Origin: Eledone cirrhosa
Taxonomy: Eukaryota
NCBI GenBank assembly: GCA_964016885.1
Contig: OZ024743.1
Span: 215,946,001-216,010,000, forward strand
Length of the DNA stretch: 64,000 nt
Direction of reading: 5' to 3'
Shown here in pieces: positions 1 through 15,045 of this stretch. Position numbers and translations under genes: made by a program. Each line of letters starts with the position of its first letter. The first letter of the stretch is position 1. A model generated the notes under the pieces. The model was given only the letters and a program-made list of their open reading frames with translations, made no database searches and was not told where the DNA came from.

Positions 1-88
1 ATTAAAAGGAAAAGCAGATGTGAGACTAAGGACAAAGAGAATAACCAAGACGAACACACAGACACACAAAATAGGGTAGATAACAACA

Positions 89-2595
89 TTGAGCCAGTGG
101 AAAGAGACAGGAGTAATTATGAGAGACATAGAAACAACCATGAGGCTGTTGGTGGAAATAGAAATAGAAACAACACAACTAACAATAACAATAGCACATA
201 ATGCAGCAGCCTGGAACACTCCGTTTTATAATCCCTCCAATAAATCATTCGACCTGCGACGAGTCCACGCCACGACTTTACCATTTAACAAACGCACGCA
301 GTTGCCGTCGCAGGTCGATGAACAAACAGAAGCACAATTTAGTATAGCTAAATCCGAACTTAGAAATATTATAGAACAGTATAGCAAGAAGCATAATAGA
401 ATAGAGGCCCAGCAACTGGGAGAAAAATCTGCAAATAGCTTGCGTAAGCTCATGCAGCGCTCACGTAATGGAGAGATAGCATGCTTTCCAACAGACAAGT
501 CTGGCAGAATGTCGGTTGACAGCCTGCCAAACTACATCCAGGCAATGCAACCCCACATCACTAACACAAGAGAGGTAACACCACAGGAGCATGAGGATAG
601 AGAAAAAGCCCTCAATGCCCATATGGTGATGTGGACGAATATAATGCAGCCCAACAAAAGGACTGCCAACAACTTCCATGCCTGGAACAATGACGTGCCG
701 GCGTTGTATGGGCTTCGAAAAGACCATAAAACGGGCTGTGACCCTGTCGCGGGACCACCAACACGGCCAGTCTGTGGAGCTAACATTGCTAGTAACTACA
801 GACTGTCCTACTTCCTCTCCCTGATCATACGCCCCATCATTGAGATGTCCCCAGATGTATGTGACAGCACGGAGGACCTCCTCAGCAGAATCGGCGCGAG
901 TAACCGATCTGGGGACCTAACAAACTGCATAATAGGCAGTATGGATGTTGTGTCCCTGTATCCATCTATTGACGTGGATTTTGCTGTGGAGAAATGCGTA
1001 GAAATGATCAGCCAGAGCAAGGTTGAGTTCCGTGGGATTGATACCAGTGAGCTGGAACTTCTACTTAAGCTTACCCATAGTAATAGTTACCTAGACATTT
1101 ATGACCTTAGCAACCTGTGCCCTACAAGACCAGCAAGAGGCAGACCACCTACCATTACCTCAATGGCCAAGAAAACCCACACAGATAGATGGAACGGGTG
1201 GACCAGAGCCATACGGACACCCGAAAACCACGATGAACTGAAGAAAATGATTGCACATGCGGTAGGGGCCAGCATAAAATTAACCCTTAAGGAACATATG
1301 TTCAAATTTAATGGTAAAACATATGCCCAAGAGGAAGGAGCAGCCATTGGTGTTAGCATTGCAGGCGACATAGCTAACTTATTCATGGTATGGTGGGACA
1401 GTAGACTTAAACAAAAACTTAAAGAACAATTAGAAGACAGCTTAACCCTGATAATGTACTCCCGCTACGTAGATGATATAAACATCGTAGTTAAGACACC
1501 CCCACTAAAGAACAGTCAGGAACTAGAGAAAAACACAATGGAAAGCATCCAGCAAATAGCAAACTCCATCCACCAGAGCATTAGAGTTACTATAGACTAC
1601 CCAAGTAGACACCCCAACCATCGATTACCTGTACTAGACACAGAGCTCTAGTTAGATACCATTAACAACCAAAAACAAATCCTCCATTCCCATTATGCCA
1701 AACCTATGACTTCCAAACATCTGATGCACCGAAACTCGGCCTTTTCGGACCATACCAAAATCAACATACTGATTGCGGATTTGGTACGGGTGATGAGAAA
1801 TGTGTCCTGCATATGCAACCCCGAAGAACTAGAGAGACACATACAACACTTCTTCCACCGTATGCAGTTCTCTGGCTACAATCAGAGAGATAGAATCAGA
1901 GTGTATAGAGGAGCCAGAACCAAATGGGAAAAAATGGTAAATAATTACATAAATGGGACCTACCCCTTGTATAGGAGCAAATTTTGGAATAGAATAGAAA
2001 GAACTAGGAACAAGGCCAATAGAATAAACTCATGGTATGATAGCAATAAATACCAGAGTGTAATGTTCATCAATACAACCCCTAGAGGTGAACTAGCCTA
2101 CACATTTAGAAGGGCCCTAAATAAACATAAACTCAATATTAAGATAGTAGAAAGACCAGGTACCTCCGTAAAAACACTTATTAGTAAGACATACCCGTTC
2201 CAAAGACACTCATGTATAGATAAGAAATGTATAACCTGTAAAATAAGCCCCCATATTAACTGTAAAACTAGAAATGTAGTGTATAGCATAAGATGTACTG
2301 AAGGACAATGTAGAAACAAAAATATAGTGTACATAGTGAGACAGCTCGTAGTATAGGGGAACGAATAAATGAACACTGGCGAGACCTTCAAGATAATAAA
2401 GAATCATCTGTGCTCTACCAACATGCTAAGATAGAATACAGGGGTAGGTTAGAGAACATAGAAATAAAAATAGAATCCACAGACAGAAAAGATGCAATGT
2501 TTAGGCAAATTACAGCGGCAGTAAGCATAAAAGAATTACAACCAAAATTAAATAGAAAATATGAGTGGAACAGCAACATCACAACTTACAATTAA
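89..2595 (+). pseudogene. PLE reverse transcriptase-GIY-YIG ORF, disrupted
   Basis: ORF 89-1651 ends at an in-frame TAG (likely TGG>TAG) and continues in frame into 1706-2356; 1-nt deletion near 2336 (copy at 24.68 kb reads YIGERSRSVGERINEH); ends ...QPKLNRKYEW. Confidence 0.88.
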
Positions 2596-2799
2596 GGACA
2601 AAATGAAAACACACACACACATAGAACAAACAACCAACCAACAACATGTAAATAAATAAACAAATAGATAAATGAACACAAACACACACAGACACCCGGA
2701 TGTGGCGCATGCGCAAACTGAGCACACAACACACACACAGAAACAAAATGGCGTAGGACAGAAGAAAGGAAAGGCACAGAAACAAAGAAAGGAATCCCC

Positions 2800-2844
2800 A
2801 GTCACTGATGAGGTTACAGAGTGTGTGACGAAAGGACTACGACT
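2800..2844 (+). ncRNA. Minimal Type I hammerhead ribozyme motif in PLE pLTR
   Basis: agtca-CTGATGA-g-gttaca/gagtg/tgtgac-GAAA-ggac-TA-cgact; homologue at 23858-23902(-) has perfect stem II gtcaca/tgtgac. Confidence 0.7.
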
Positions 2845-3007
2845 ATATATAAACAACTATCTGGATGTGGAACCATCCAACCAACCAGAAATGTATAAGT
2901 TTGTAGATTTGTAAATTATATATTTATAAATATATAATAAATTGAAGTGAAACCAACTGGTGCGTGTGTTCCTTATTGGCAACTTGACCCTCCCAAAGTA
3001 TAACAAT

Positions 3008-3056
3008 ATGCATATGTATATATATATGTATATATATATATGTATATATATATATG

Positions 3057-3089
<33 letters not shown>

Positions 3090-3104
3090 GTATTTATATA
3101 TATA

Positions 3105-3137
<33 letters not shown>

Positions 3138-3150
3138 ATATGTATATATG

Positions 3151-3205
<55 letters not shown>

Positions 3206-3266
3206 GTATATATATATATATATGTATTTATATATATATATATATATGTATTTATATATATATGTA

Positions 3267-3297
<31 letters not shown>

Positions 3298-3302
3298 ATA
3301 TG

Positions 3303-3355
<53 letters not shown>

Positions 3356-3380
3356 GTATATATATATGTATGTATGTATG

Positions 3381-3443
<63 letters not shown>

Positions 3444-3532
3444 GTATATATATATATATGTATGTATGTATATATATATATATGTATATATATATGTATA
3501 TATATATACGTATATATATATATGTATGTATG

Positions 3533-3584
<52 letters not shown>

Positions 3585-3585
3585 A
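3008..3585. repeat. (TA)n/(TATG)n microsatellite
   Basis: Direct inspection. Confidence 0.98.
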
Positions 3586-6500
3586 GCAGACAACAAACAG
3601 GATAATTTTGGATTTAAAACCTATAATAACCCTCCGTGGAACCCAGAAATGCTACCCTTCGAAAATAATGTCTTGGAACTCATTCGGAGTATCAAATTTC
3701 GGAATAGGAGCAATTCCTTCCAGCAAGACCTGAAGAATAGAATTTGTTCTATTAAGGATTCTAACGCTGTGCACGTCAATTCCGACAAAACTGGCAACCT
3801 ATATCAAGGGGAGCGCAGTACTACCATCAACTACTACATAATGCTGTAACTAGGGATTACCGTAAAACTAATCGGAGCGTCATCAATGAAATCAACGATG
3901 CTGGGTTTAAAATCACATCTGATCTCAACATCATGGACCGGACCGAACCTCTGGACCCTATGTCTCCCCACTTTACCCTGAAGGATCACAAATCCAATTT
4001 TCCGAACAACCCCTCTATTCGGCTTATTAACCCTACGAAGTCCGATTTAGGTAGACTTAGTAAAACGATTCTTCATAGAATTATACCTGAAATTAGAAGT
4101 TTGGCCACTCTGGCACTGTGGAACAATTCCTTCGCGGTGATTGATTGGTTCAACGGCATATGTAACAAGGAACATTGCCCATTTATCCAATTCGACATCA
4201 ACAATTACTACTCCTCCATCACTTTACCACTTCTCCTTAGAGCTATCAATTTCGCTAAAACACTCACAGTGGTTAAGGATTTCGAAGTTGATGTCATCCT
4301 TAATGTCCGAAAGTCGGTTTTTAATTTCGACGACTCTATTTGGATTAAAAAATCCAATAGCACCCCATTCGATGTGAGTATGGACGCCAGTGACTCTGTG
4401 GAGGTTACTGATCTTATTGGCCTTTTCCTTCTTTTCTCTATCAAGGACGAAGTGCCCAACGCGGGCGGTGGTTTTTACCGTGAAGATGGTCTTTTGACTA
4501 TGACTAAGTGCGGACCTCGTGCTTGCGACAGGTTCAGAAAAGAACTCACACCATTCTTTAAAGGCTTCAACCTCTCTATACAGGTCGAGGCCAATCTCTC
4601 GGTTATTAATTACCTCGACGTTACCCTCAATTTATTGAATGGGTTGTATTACCCGTATAGAAAGCCGAATGATACGCTTAATTACATAAGTAAGGATTCC
4701 AACCATCCTGCCAGCATAACCAAGAACCTGGTAAAAAAACGTTTCATTGAGGCTTTCCCGTCTTTCCACGAACGTGCGCATTTTCACCGATCATTCCAAT
4801 TATTACAATGAAGCTCTTGCTCGAAGTGGATTTGTCGATAAGGTAGCTTATACAGATTACGAAAATAGACCTAGAAGAAACAGATCCCGTCTCAACTTGT
4901 TGGTTTAAACCACTATATAATATCGAGGTGGCCACACCATTAGCTAAGATATTTCTTTCCCTTATTACGAAGCATTTTCCCCCTACACATAAATATAGTA
5001 AAATTTTTAATAGAAATACTATTAACATTTCTTACTCTATGACTCCTAACCTTGCACATAACATCACAGCTTCAAATTTAGCTAAACTACCTAGCCGTAG
5101 GAGCACGTGCAACCCTGTAGTTAGTACTAACTGTAATTGTAGGAATCGGGATGATTGCCCCCTATCCAGGTAATGCCTCTCTAGTAACATTGTCTACAAA
5201 TGTAAGGTTGTAACACCCACGTCCCGTAGGGCCTACATAGGGTTAACCGCCAATAGTTTCAAGCAGCGTCTTTACATGCATACCCATTCTTTTCGTTACC
5301 CTCTAAGAAGGAATATGACGTCACTTTCAGCTTATATCTGGAGTCAATATAAGTTACACTGGGAGATCCTAGCTGGGGCTAGATCGTATAACGGAAATAA
5401 AAGACCATGTGACCTCTGCGCCGCTGAGGCCCTGGAAATACTCTACGCCACAGACCACATCTTAAACAAATAATCTGAGGCAATTTAGGCTTGTAAACAT
5501 AAATTGCACAAAACTTTCCTGTATTACAGCCCCACGATATACCCTAACGGATAGCACGATCTATACGTGGATATTTTACGTCTTGATGCGGGTGCTAAGT
5601 ATATGTTTTGTTTATTCCTTTACTTATTTGCATAGGTAAGTATATATTACCCGTATGTTTTGTGAAGGTATGTATACCTTCTCGTACGTATATTTGACTG
5701 TTATGGCGTATAATTTTTACATATTCTGGTATTTAGGGTTTGGCTATGTGTATACGGGAGTTTTGCGTCTGCGTGAGAATGGAGGCTCGTACGTATGGTG
5801 GGTGTGTGTATATGTGTACGTCTTGTTTTAGTTGACTTACGTCTCCGAACATTCTCTTTTACTCTTTTACCTGTTTCAGCCATCCGGCTGAGGCCATGCT
5901 GCGGCACCGCCTCATTGCTGGGGCACCGCCTCATTCATGTATGTATTTGTAGGTATGTGTGTGCGCTTGTTATATACGTATTTATTTACTTATATACGTT
6001 TATATAATTATTTATTTATTTGTACACAAGCATACACACACACACATATTTATATGTGCGTGATTTTGTATACCTATGGTAAGGTTTTGCGGATGCTTGT
6101 GTATGTACGTATCAGTTTGCGTGTATGTATTGATTTGTTTCTATTGCTTCTGTATTGTATCTATTTACTTTGTTCTTAACTCTGTAGCGTAGATTCATTT
6201 GGTCTCCTAGTTAGAATGCTATACCATTTACGTGGTTTTGTATTTGCGTGCTATTGTTCTCCACGCTCCACATATGACTTATTATCTTCGTTTTTTCGTC
6301 ACATTGCCAGAGAACGTCTCTATGCACCACCTAAGAAAATATTAGTCTACGACCTCTTTTATACCATAAACGTGGTTCTGTCTTTGCGCGTAATTGTTTT
6401 TCATCGCTCCTCTTAATGACGTATTATTCTTTTTTACCCGTTCTTTGCCAGCGAACGTTTCCACGAACCAAAGTATCGTTTTCCTGTCTTCCTCCGGTTG

Positions 6501-6615
6501 CAACGTTTTTTGAAATATCCAGTTCTGCTTTTACAGATTGACTTTGTGAGTTTCAGAAGATCCCGTTAAGGGTGAAAGCAGCGATTCTTTGCTTAAACTT
6601 TAATCTGTTATTTTA

Positions 6616-6620
<5 letters not shown>
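3586..6620 (+). mobile_element. Penelope-like retroelement (Naiad-like), decayed, flanked by (TA)n
   Basis: SDKTGNLY, TLKDHK, RLINPTKSDLG, FIQFDINNYYSSI, GFYREDGL (YRDD degraded), NYLDVT; linker CNCRNRDDCPL (CxCx5C); IVYKC..YIGLT..FKQRLYMH; CDLCAAE; several stops/frameshifts; long 3' UTR. Confidence 0.88.
6548..6587 (+). ncRNA. Degenerate HHR-like motif at PLE 3' end
   Basis: CAGAAGA (U4>A)-t-ccc/gttaa/ggg-t-GAAA; gagtt/gattc stem I with GU pairs; position fits a pLTR HHR. Confidence 0.35.
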
Positions 6621-6651
<31 letters not shown>

Positions 6652-6919
6652 ACATATATGTATATATATATATATTTATGTATATATATATATATATGTA
6701 TGTATATATATATATATATATATGTATGTATATATGTATATATATATAATTATACATGTATGTATATATATATATGTATATATATGTATGTATATATATA
6801 TATGTATGTATATATATATATATATGTATATATGTATATATATGTATGTATATATATATATATATATACATATATACACACATATTATATATATGTATGT
6901 ATATATGTATATATATGTA

Positions 6920-6972
<53 letters not shown>

Positions 6973-7075
6973 GTATGTATATATATATATATGTATGTAT
7001 ATATATATATGTATGTATATATATATATATGTATGTATATATATATATATGTATGTATATATATATATATGTATG

Positions 7076-7109
<34 letters not shown>

Positions 7110-7112
7110 TGT
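6620..7112. repeat. (TA)n/(TATG)n microsatellite
   Basis: Direct inspection. Confidence 0.98.
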
Positions 7113-7221
7113 ATTTTTTTTTTCAATCGATCGACTTTCGTCAAATCGGACCGAGGAAACAATGTTTCCGTTGGTCTTTCAGTTGCTAGTACTATCTATC
7201 GGTCGCAACTCCAGGTAGAAG

Positions 7222-7336
7222 GAGCAACCTGAAATAAAGTGTCTTGCTCAAGGACATAACGCATCGCCTGGTCCAGGAATCGAACTCACAACCTCAAGAT
7301 TGTGAATCCAATTCTCTAACCACTCAGCCACACGCT
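7222..7336 (-). mobile_element. tRNA-derived SINE 5' part
   Basis: Minus strand TGGCTGAGTGG (A box), GTTCGATTCC (B box), then tgtccttgagcaagacacttta conserved SINE core-like segment. Confidence 0.75.
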
Positions 7337-7342
7337 GAAAAA

Positions 7343-7358
7343 TATATGTATGTATGTA

Positions 7359-7452
<94 letters not shown>

Positions 7453-7506
7453 TATGTATGTATATATATATATGTATATATATATATGTATGTATGTATA
7501 TTTGAA

Positions 7507-7545
<39 letters not shown>

Positions 7546-7566
7546 GTATGTATATATATATATATG

Positions 7567-7615
<49 letters not shown>

Positions 7616-7714
7616 GTATATATATATGTATTTATATATATATATATGTATGTATATATATATATATATATATGTATATGTATATATATGTATGTATATA
7701 TATATATATATATG

Positions 7715-7753
<39 letters not shown>

Positions 7754-7764
7754 ATAGATATATG

Positions 7765-7821
<57 letters not shown>

Positions 7822-7912
7822 GTAGATATATATGTATATATGTATATATATATATGTATATATGTATATGTATATATGTATATATATATATATGTATATA
7901 TGTATGTATATG

Positions 7913-7947
<35 letters not shown>

Positions 7948-8104
7948 GTTTGTATATATATGTATATATATGTATATATATATATATATGTATATGTAAT
8001 TCTATATGTATATATATGTATATATATATATATGTATATGTAAATATATATATATGTATATATATATGTATATATATATGTATATATATATATGTATATA
8101 TATA
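7343..8104. repeat. (TA)n/(TATG)n microsatellite
   Basis: Direct inspection. Confidence 0.98.
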
Positions 8105-8290
8105 TTGTTATATTTGGGGAGGGTCATATTTGCGTAATATTGCCAGAATTAATAACAGAACACACTCACTGTTTGGTTGGTTTTCGCTTCTCGCTGTCTT
8201 TTATATATATATATCTGCGATCTAACTTACTCCCCAGATATAACAATATCTGTTTCGACACACGATTTCATATAAAAAACCTCGCAAAAC
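8105..8290. mobile_element. Internally deleted copy of the pLTR foldback family seen at 41.9, 45.5 and 52.7 kb
   Basis: Left end ttgttatatttggggagggtcatatttgcgtaatattgccagaattaataacagaacac; right end tataacaatatctgtttcgacacacgatttcat matches ~42670-42705. Confidence 0.75.
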
Positions 8291-8295
8291 TAATG

Positions 8296-8340
<45 letters not shown>

Positions 8341-8374
8341 GTATATATATATGTATATATATATCTATCTATCT

Positions 8375-8522
8375 AAGGCGGGTAAAATTGCCGAGATCCA
8401 TGGACGAGTTCTCTCCAGCGGTCTCTGTCCCTCATTATCGCTGCCATATCCTGCATCTCCAACAGACCAGTGTCTGTCCTTAGGGCATCAACATATGTTA
8501 ACCTTGGTCTTCCACTTCTAGT
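8375..8522 (-). mobile_element. RTE-clade LINE 3' fragment
   Basis: Minus translation [19 protein letters not shown]...[11 protein letters not shown] (GRP...DR..WR C-terminal signature); related copy at 36.5 kb. Confidence 0.75.
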
Positions 8523-9729
<1,207 letters not shown>

Positions 9730-9730
<1 letters not shown>

Positions 9731-10434
9731 CAGCCGAATGACCCGCGCCTTGGTGCATTTCATACACTTTTTTTTTGTAAGAAAGTGATGATTTGTTTTA
9801 AGTCAGTGATATAATTTATGGAGACAAAGTCTGCATTTCAATATTACTGTATGTAAAATGTAATGCATGAAAAAGTGGAAATCATTATTTTTTGCAATAT
9901 ATCAAATCAAAATTACATTATTGAATCTTATTCTTATTTTGTTTCTTGTAAATCATTTTTTTGAACATATCAATTCAAAACGTGATCATTTAATTGTTTT
10001 GTAAAGCATTATTTTCAAATTAGAAATTCAAAGGGCAAATAACACAAAAGAGAGGTGCTTTTTTGTTGATTTACGTTTAATAGAAAAACCCTGTGATAAT
10101 AGAGGTTCCAATATTCGAGTTATGGGCTTCCAAAATTTTAGCTATAGGGGGTTTAACCCCTATTTGTGTGTCTTAATATTATTGAAATTTGCCGAGACTT
10201 TGTGAATAGGTTTCATATCTTGTCATTTTTCTATGGTTTAAATTTCATATAAATCAAAGGGAAAAGATTTTCACCAGGGATATGTTCCCCCGTGGAACGC
10301 ATTGATTAAAAGGAAATATACTTATCCAAGTATTCTGGGCAATGTAGTTTGTAGTTTCAGAATATATATGGTTATCTCCAAAACCATAGGAGGAATTTGT
10401 GAACAAACAAACAGAGAGAAACTTCATATATAGA
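9730..10434 (-). mobile_element. Probable non-autonomous Helitron-like element
   Basis: Minus strand starts A|TC (tctatatatgaag...tgtttgtttgtt) and ends with a GC-rich subterminal segment then CTGG|T (CTRR); no TSD; hairpin weak. Confidence 0.5.
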
Positions 10435-10439
10435 TATAT

Positions 10440-11620
10440 AGCTTGTTGCTGCAGCTCTTATTGCGCATAGCCTTCTGCTGTGGGTTTATCAGGAATCTTG
10501 GTTAGCAGAATGTCGAGATATTTCTTGAATACGTTTATATGCACATCATGTAGATCTTTCGCAGCTTATTAATGAGTTGGATTACACAGGCTATTGCAGT
10601 ATGAGCTCCTAGTTCTTAATGCGATCGATGGCACATTTGGCATTACACTATGATGTTCGAAGGCTCTTCCTGACATCTACGCCGAAGTTCGATGCTAGGC
10701 ATTCTGCGATCTTCCATACGTATATCACTGCGAAAATGTCCAGTCATCACGTGAATTCTTTCTGCCACTCCAAGCAACTCATCTGTATCATTGCCGCAAT
10801 CCTCTTGCTATAGCTTCATTGCATAATTCCAAATGCTGCGATAAGGTTGACTCTGTCACGTAACTACATTCAGCTGAGGATGAATATCCTCTAGAAGTCA
10901 AATCGGGCTTTCATGTCTATTGCCTCGAACGCTTTCAGAATTCAACCCAACAGTCGTCTACAGACTGCAAACATGTTGGTGATGTAGGCATGAAATGATG
11001 CAACATTACTCCTGTCAATACCCAGGGCGCGTATTGACTTTTTCCCCCGTGATTTTAATTTTTCCTGGTCCAGTTTGTTTGCTGTGGTGTTACTATGAGT
11101 GTGAGTTGATAGTAGAGGGTTTGTAACATACCTGCATTGAATTGCATATTGCTTCCTTCAACCCATTCGTATTACAGAGGGTATGTCTGAAAAGCCATCG
11201 CAAACAGTAGTGGTCCCAATACAATACTCTGGTGCATCCTGCTTTTTATTGACGTCGCATTTGATGGCGCATCATTTGTTGCAAACGTCTTGCTTCAGTA
11301 TTTTAAGAGGTCATGAATCCATTAAGCTAGATTTTCAGCTAAAGCAAAAGTCCGTATTTTGTGAAATATCCTTCCACCATATAGCTTGTCGAAGGCCTTT
11401 GCAAAGTCAAGATGTATCACTTCGAGATTCATACCGTGTCACAGCTGTTTGTGTATCTAGACATAATGCTGCCATAGCTACGTAAAGTAAATTCAAACTG
11501 GACGCCAACCAAACTGGGTTTTACTTAGAAGGCCATTGCTTCTAGGAAAGTAATCAGTTATCTTCCTATGATTAGTTCCATGACTTTGCTGATATATGTT
11601 GTCAGCGAGACTGTTCTTAC
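10440..11620 (-). mobile_element. Old CR1/L2-group LINE RT remnant
   Basis: Minus-strand patches ...SIVLGPLLF (cf. PQGSVLGPLLF), KSIRALGI, FKKYLDILLTKIPDKP; many indels. Confidence 0.6.
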
Positions 11621-12019
11621 ATTTTTAGCAACTGCTTTAATCCCTCCCTTATGGATAGGCTATATTATGCATATTCTTTAGTTTGTCGGGTATTTTAACA
11701 CTTGCAAAATATATTAGTATATGCTGTGGTTTTTCTAATGTTCGGTTGTATGTTTTTTATGAGTATTGCTGGGAAACCATCCGTGCCAGCAGTTGAATAT
11801 TGTCTTATTTAATCCATAGCTGTATATTATATATTTCTCATTTATGTCTATAAAGATAATGGCTGCTATTCCTCTGTGTAATGCAGTGGTGTAAAAATAA
11901 CACATACGGAAACACACACGCACACATACTCATATATATACACACAGACACAAACACAGACACACGCACACACATACACACACATACACACATACACACA
12001 AACACACACACACATATAT

Positions 12020-12076
<57 letters not shown>

Positions 12077-12356
12077 AATATCATTAAACAAAATCTTCAA
12101 TTTATTGGAGTTCCTTTCATATGCAAATGCAGTCAAAATATATTTCGCCGTAGGACTATCAATTTAAATATTCACTTGCTTTCCTTAATATAAATTAAAT
12201 GTATATACACATATATGTATGCTTGTATCTATGTATTATGTATGTGTGTATTTTGTATGTATTATGCATGTATGTATATATGTATGGAAAACTATATGTA
12301 TATATATATATATATATATACACGCATTTCTGTTTGTGTGTATATATATATGTGTG

Positions 12357-12415
<59 letters not shown>

Positions 12416-14099
12416 CGCATTTGCGTTTGTGTGTGTATATATATGTGTGTATTTATATGTATATATATACACAGACTCAATTATATGCGTTTGAAGATAT
12501 ATTTCAAGAGCACACGTATAATTTTAAGTCGACTTAGTTCTGGCGCCGTACTTTCCACCTGCCCTCCAATTCACGTATTATTGAAGCATTCATTAGAATA
12601 AACCTCGGGGCTAATTATTATGTTACCGCTGTCTCTACTTAAATTTTAAATACTTACTATAATGTAAATTTTAAAATAGTTTTTTTTTCTTAATCACATT
12701 GAATTATATTTCAAAGAAACGTGTGTTATGATCAAATGTATTTATTCTTTTCATATAACATTTCATTTCAAATTTTTTACTTTTGTAGCGAAAATTGTTC
12801 CATATTTTATGTGTTTTCTGATATTAGTGGGCAATTTTCTTCCTAGGTTGCATTTTATGTATTTATCAATCGCATTCTTAGTGACTATCCTATTCATGAT
12901 AATCTAATGCATTAACTTATAAGGGAATGTATACTGTCTCTCGTTATGTAGAAATACGCCTGCTAATTTCCATCACCTTAAGCACCCCCTTTTTGTTGCT
13001 GTTGCTTTGTTGTCGGTAGTAGGTGAGACATGATGTCTTATTTACACCATCACCCAGCCTACTTGCTCATGATTCTAGTCTCAACACTCAACCCACCCAC
13101 AGATGAGGTGAGTGCTCTGATTTGAGAGAAGCCTCCACACACCCATGTTGCCGCACATTGTTCCAGTCCCCGGCTCCAAGTACCATCCTCCATACTCACC
13201 ACGTGACACCTGCAGCACATGTACAATGAACAGGTGGAAGAAAGCCCGGAACGTTTACCACACCTTTCTTGTGTTTGCCTGACACGGCGTACCTCCAGTG
13301 CCCTGACAGCGTCGAAATGCAGCATCTGTCTCTTCCGTCCACTACAACAAGAGATGACACAGCGAGCGTGTCTGATACTCAGGCCTCGTTGGTCAACTTC
13401 GTTCTGCTCAGGCGGCTCCGGAAGATCTCTCACAAGCTCCCGAATTAACCTAATCTCTTCTGCAGTAGATACTACCCGTCTTAAAATGCCATTACATTTT
13501 ACGTTTGAAATGTATGAATAATCACATATTGTTCGTTTATTTGTCAACACGTATAGCTGATCGCTCTCGTGTGTTTGATCTTATTCCAGCTCTACCCAAC
13601 CTATTTGGTGAAGAGTTCATATTCTTTTATACTTAAACTAAGTAGTATTTATATATGCTGTTTATGTATTTACTCTCTATATAAAAACGCTTTCGGGACT
13701 TACACCTGTTTATAAGTAAAACGTGGAGATAAACATACTTATTAAATTCCAAGTGATTATTTAATGAATTTAACATATAATCCGTTCAAGTTCAAATTGT
13801 GTACATATCTCTAGATCTCTATTTTTTCTTCTTTTTGGAAATATTTTATCCACATAATTATATCCAGCAGTAATGTTAAGGTATCTCGAAATCTCGAAAA
13901 TAATCTAATAGCTTCTCATAGGTACAGGATAAATTTCCTTCAAACATCAATGTGATTTTGAATTTCATAAATGAATATTCTATGCGTATCGACATTTTAA
14001 TTAAACGCACCCTATGTCTACTCAAGATTTAGTGTGTTCCTAGTTATAATCTTAACGTTGAATTCTTAGTCATTTACCAACAGATTAGATGACATTATT

Positions 14100-14500
14100 G
14101 AGTTGGTGATATCGGTAGAGGGTCGGACGCCATGCTTTCCAGCATAGTTACGTCCCTTTACCATCTGAGTTCAAATCCCGCCGAGGTTGACTTTGCCTTT
14201 CATCCTTACGGGGTCGATAAAATAAAGTACCAGTAATGCACTGGTAATTGCTGGCCTTGTGCCTAAAGTAGAAACAATTATTGAGTTGGTGATAGGATGG
14301 CAGACTGTGACGATCGGTAGAGCGTCAGACATGGAACTTTGTGGCTTCGAGTTACGTACTGAGTTCAAATCCTGCCGAGGTTAGCTCTGCCTTACATACG
14401 GGCTCGAGAAAATAAAGTACCAGTAAGCAACCGGTGAGGATTTAATCGGAATCTCTTCCCCAAATACTGTTGGCCTTGCGTCTAAATCAGAAATCCATTA
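14100..14500 (+). mobile_element. Two tandem copies of an abundant tRNA-derived SINE (octopus-type)
   Basis: gagttcaaatcc B box, then gttgactttgcctttcatccttacggggtcgataaaataaagtaccag, tail ggccttgtgcctaaa...attatt. Confidence 0.8.
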
Positions 14501-14639
14501 TTCAGCTGGTGATATTTAATTTGGTATATAGGTATATACATTTATATTCTAATCCTCGTAGAATTTTAGAGGGGGTAATATGAATTAACCACTCACAACA
14601 CACATCATGATATCGATATATATATTAATATATATATAA

Positions 14640-15045
14640 TAATTGTTTCTCCTTTAGGCACAAGGCCAGCAATTACTCAGTGCATTACTGGTACTTTATT
14701 TTATCGACCCCGTAAGGATGAAAGGCAAAGTCAACCTCGGCTGGATTTGAACTCAGATCGTAAAGGGACGTAAGTCAATGCTTCAAAGCATGGCGTCCCA
14801 CCCTCTACCGATACTGCCAATCCACCGCCCTTATATATATATAATAATAATGGTTTCTTATATATGCAAAGAACCAGCAATTTTGGGGCAGTAAAAAGGT
14901 GACTAAATCGACCCCAGTGCGTGTCTGTTACTTTATTGTATCGACCCTGGTGGGATTTGAACTCTGATCATACAGGGCCGTAACACTATGCTACATAGTA
15001 TGGCGTCCGACACTCTACGGATACTGCCAACCCACCGCCCTTATA
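14640..15045 (-). mobile_element. Two copies of the same SINE, minus strand
   Basis: ctggtactttattttatcgaccccgtaaggatgaaaggcaaagtcaacctcggc...ggatttgaactc. Confidence 0.8.

Larger units (their letters stand above)
1..3007 (+). mobile_element. Penelope-like retroelement (Neptune-like), RT + GIY-YIG, 3' end abutting (TA)n
   Basis: RT motifs LYGLRKDHK, PPTRPV, SMDVVSLYPSI, QEEGAAIG, YSRYVDD, LPVLD; linker CxxxxCxxC (CIDKKCITC); GIY-YIG NVVYSIRC...YIGET; 3' UTR with HHR; ends ...ccctcccaaagtataacaat then (TA)n. Confidence 0.9.

Noticed and set aside
5130-5500. Selenocysteine recoding as in some Naiad PLEs
   Set aside because: In-frame stops here are TAA/TAG at non-Cys positions, Cys sites use TGY, and no SECIS-like AUGA/GA core was seen, including in the long stem II inserts
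7128-7215. HHR-like 3' half (GAAA-gtcgat-C), related to 42750-42830
   Set aside because: No CUGANGA core at a compatible position in either copy
7222-7336. tRNA gene
   Set aside because: A/B boxes run into a SINE body without a clean acceptor stem
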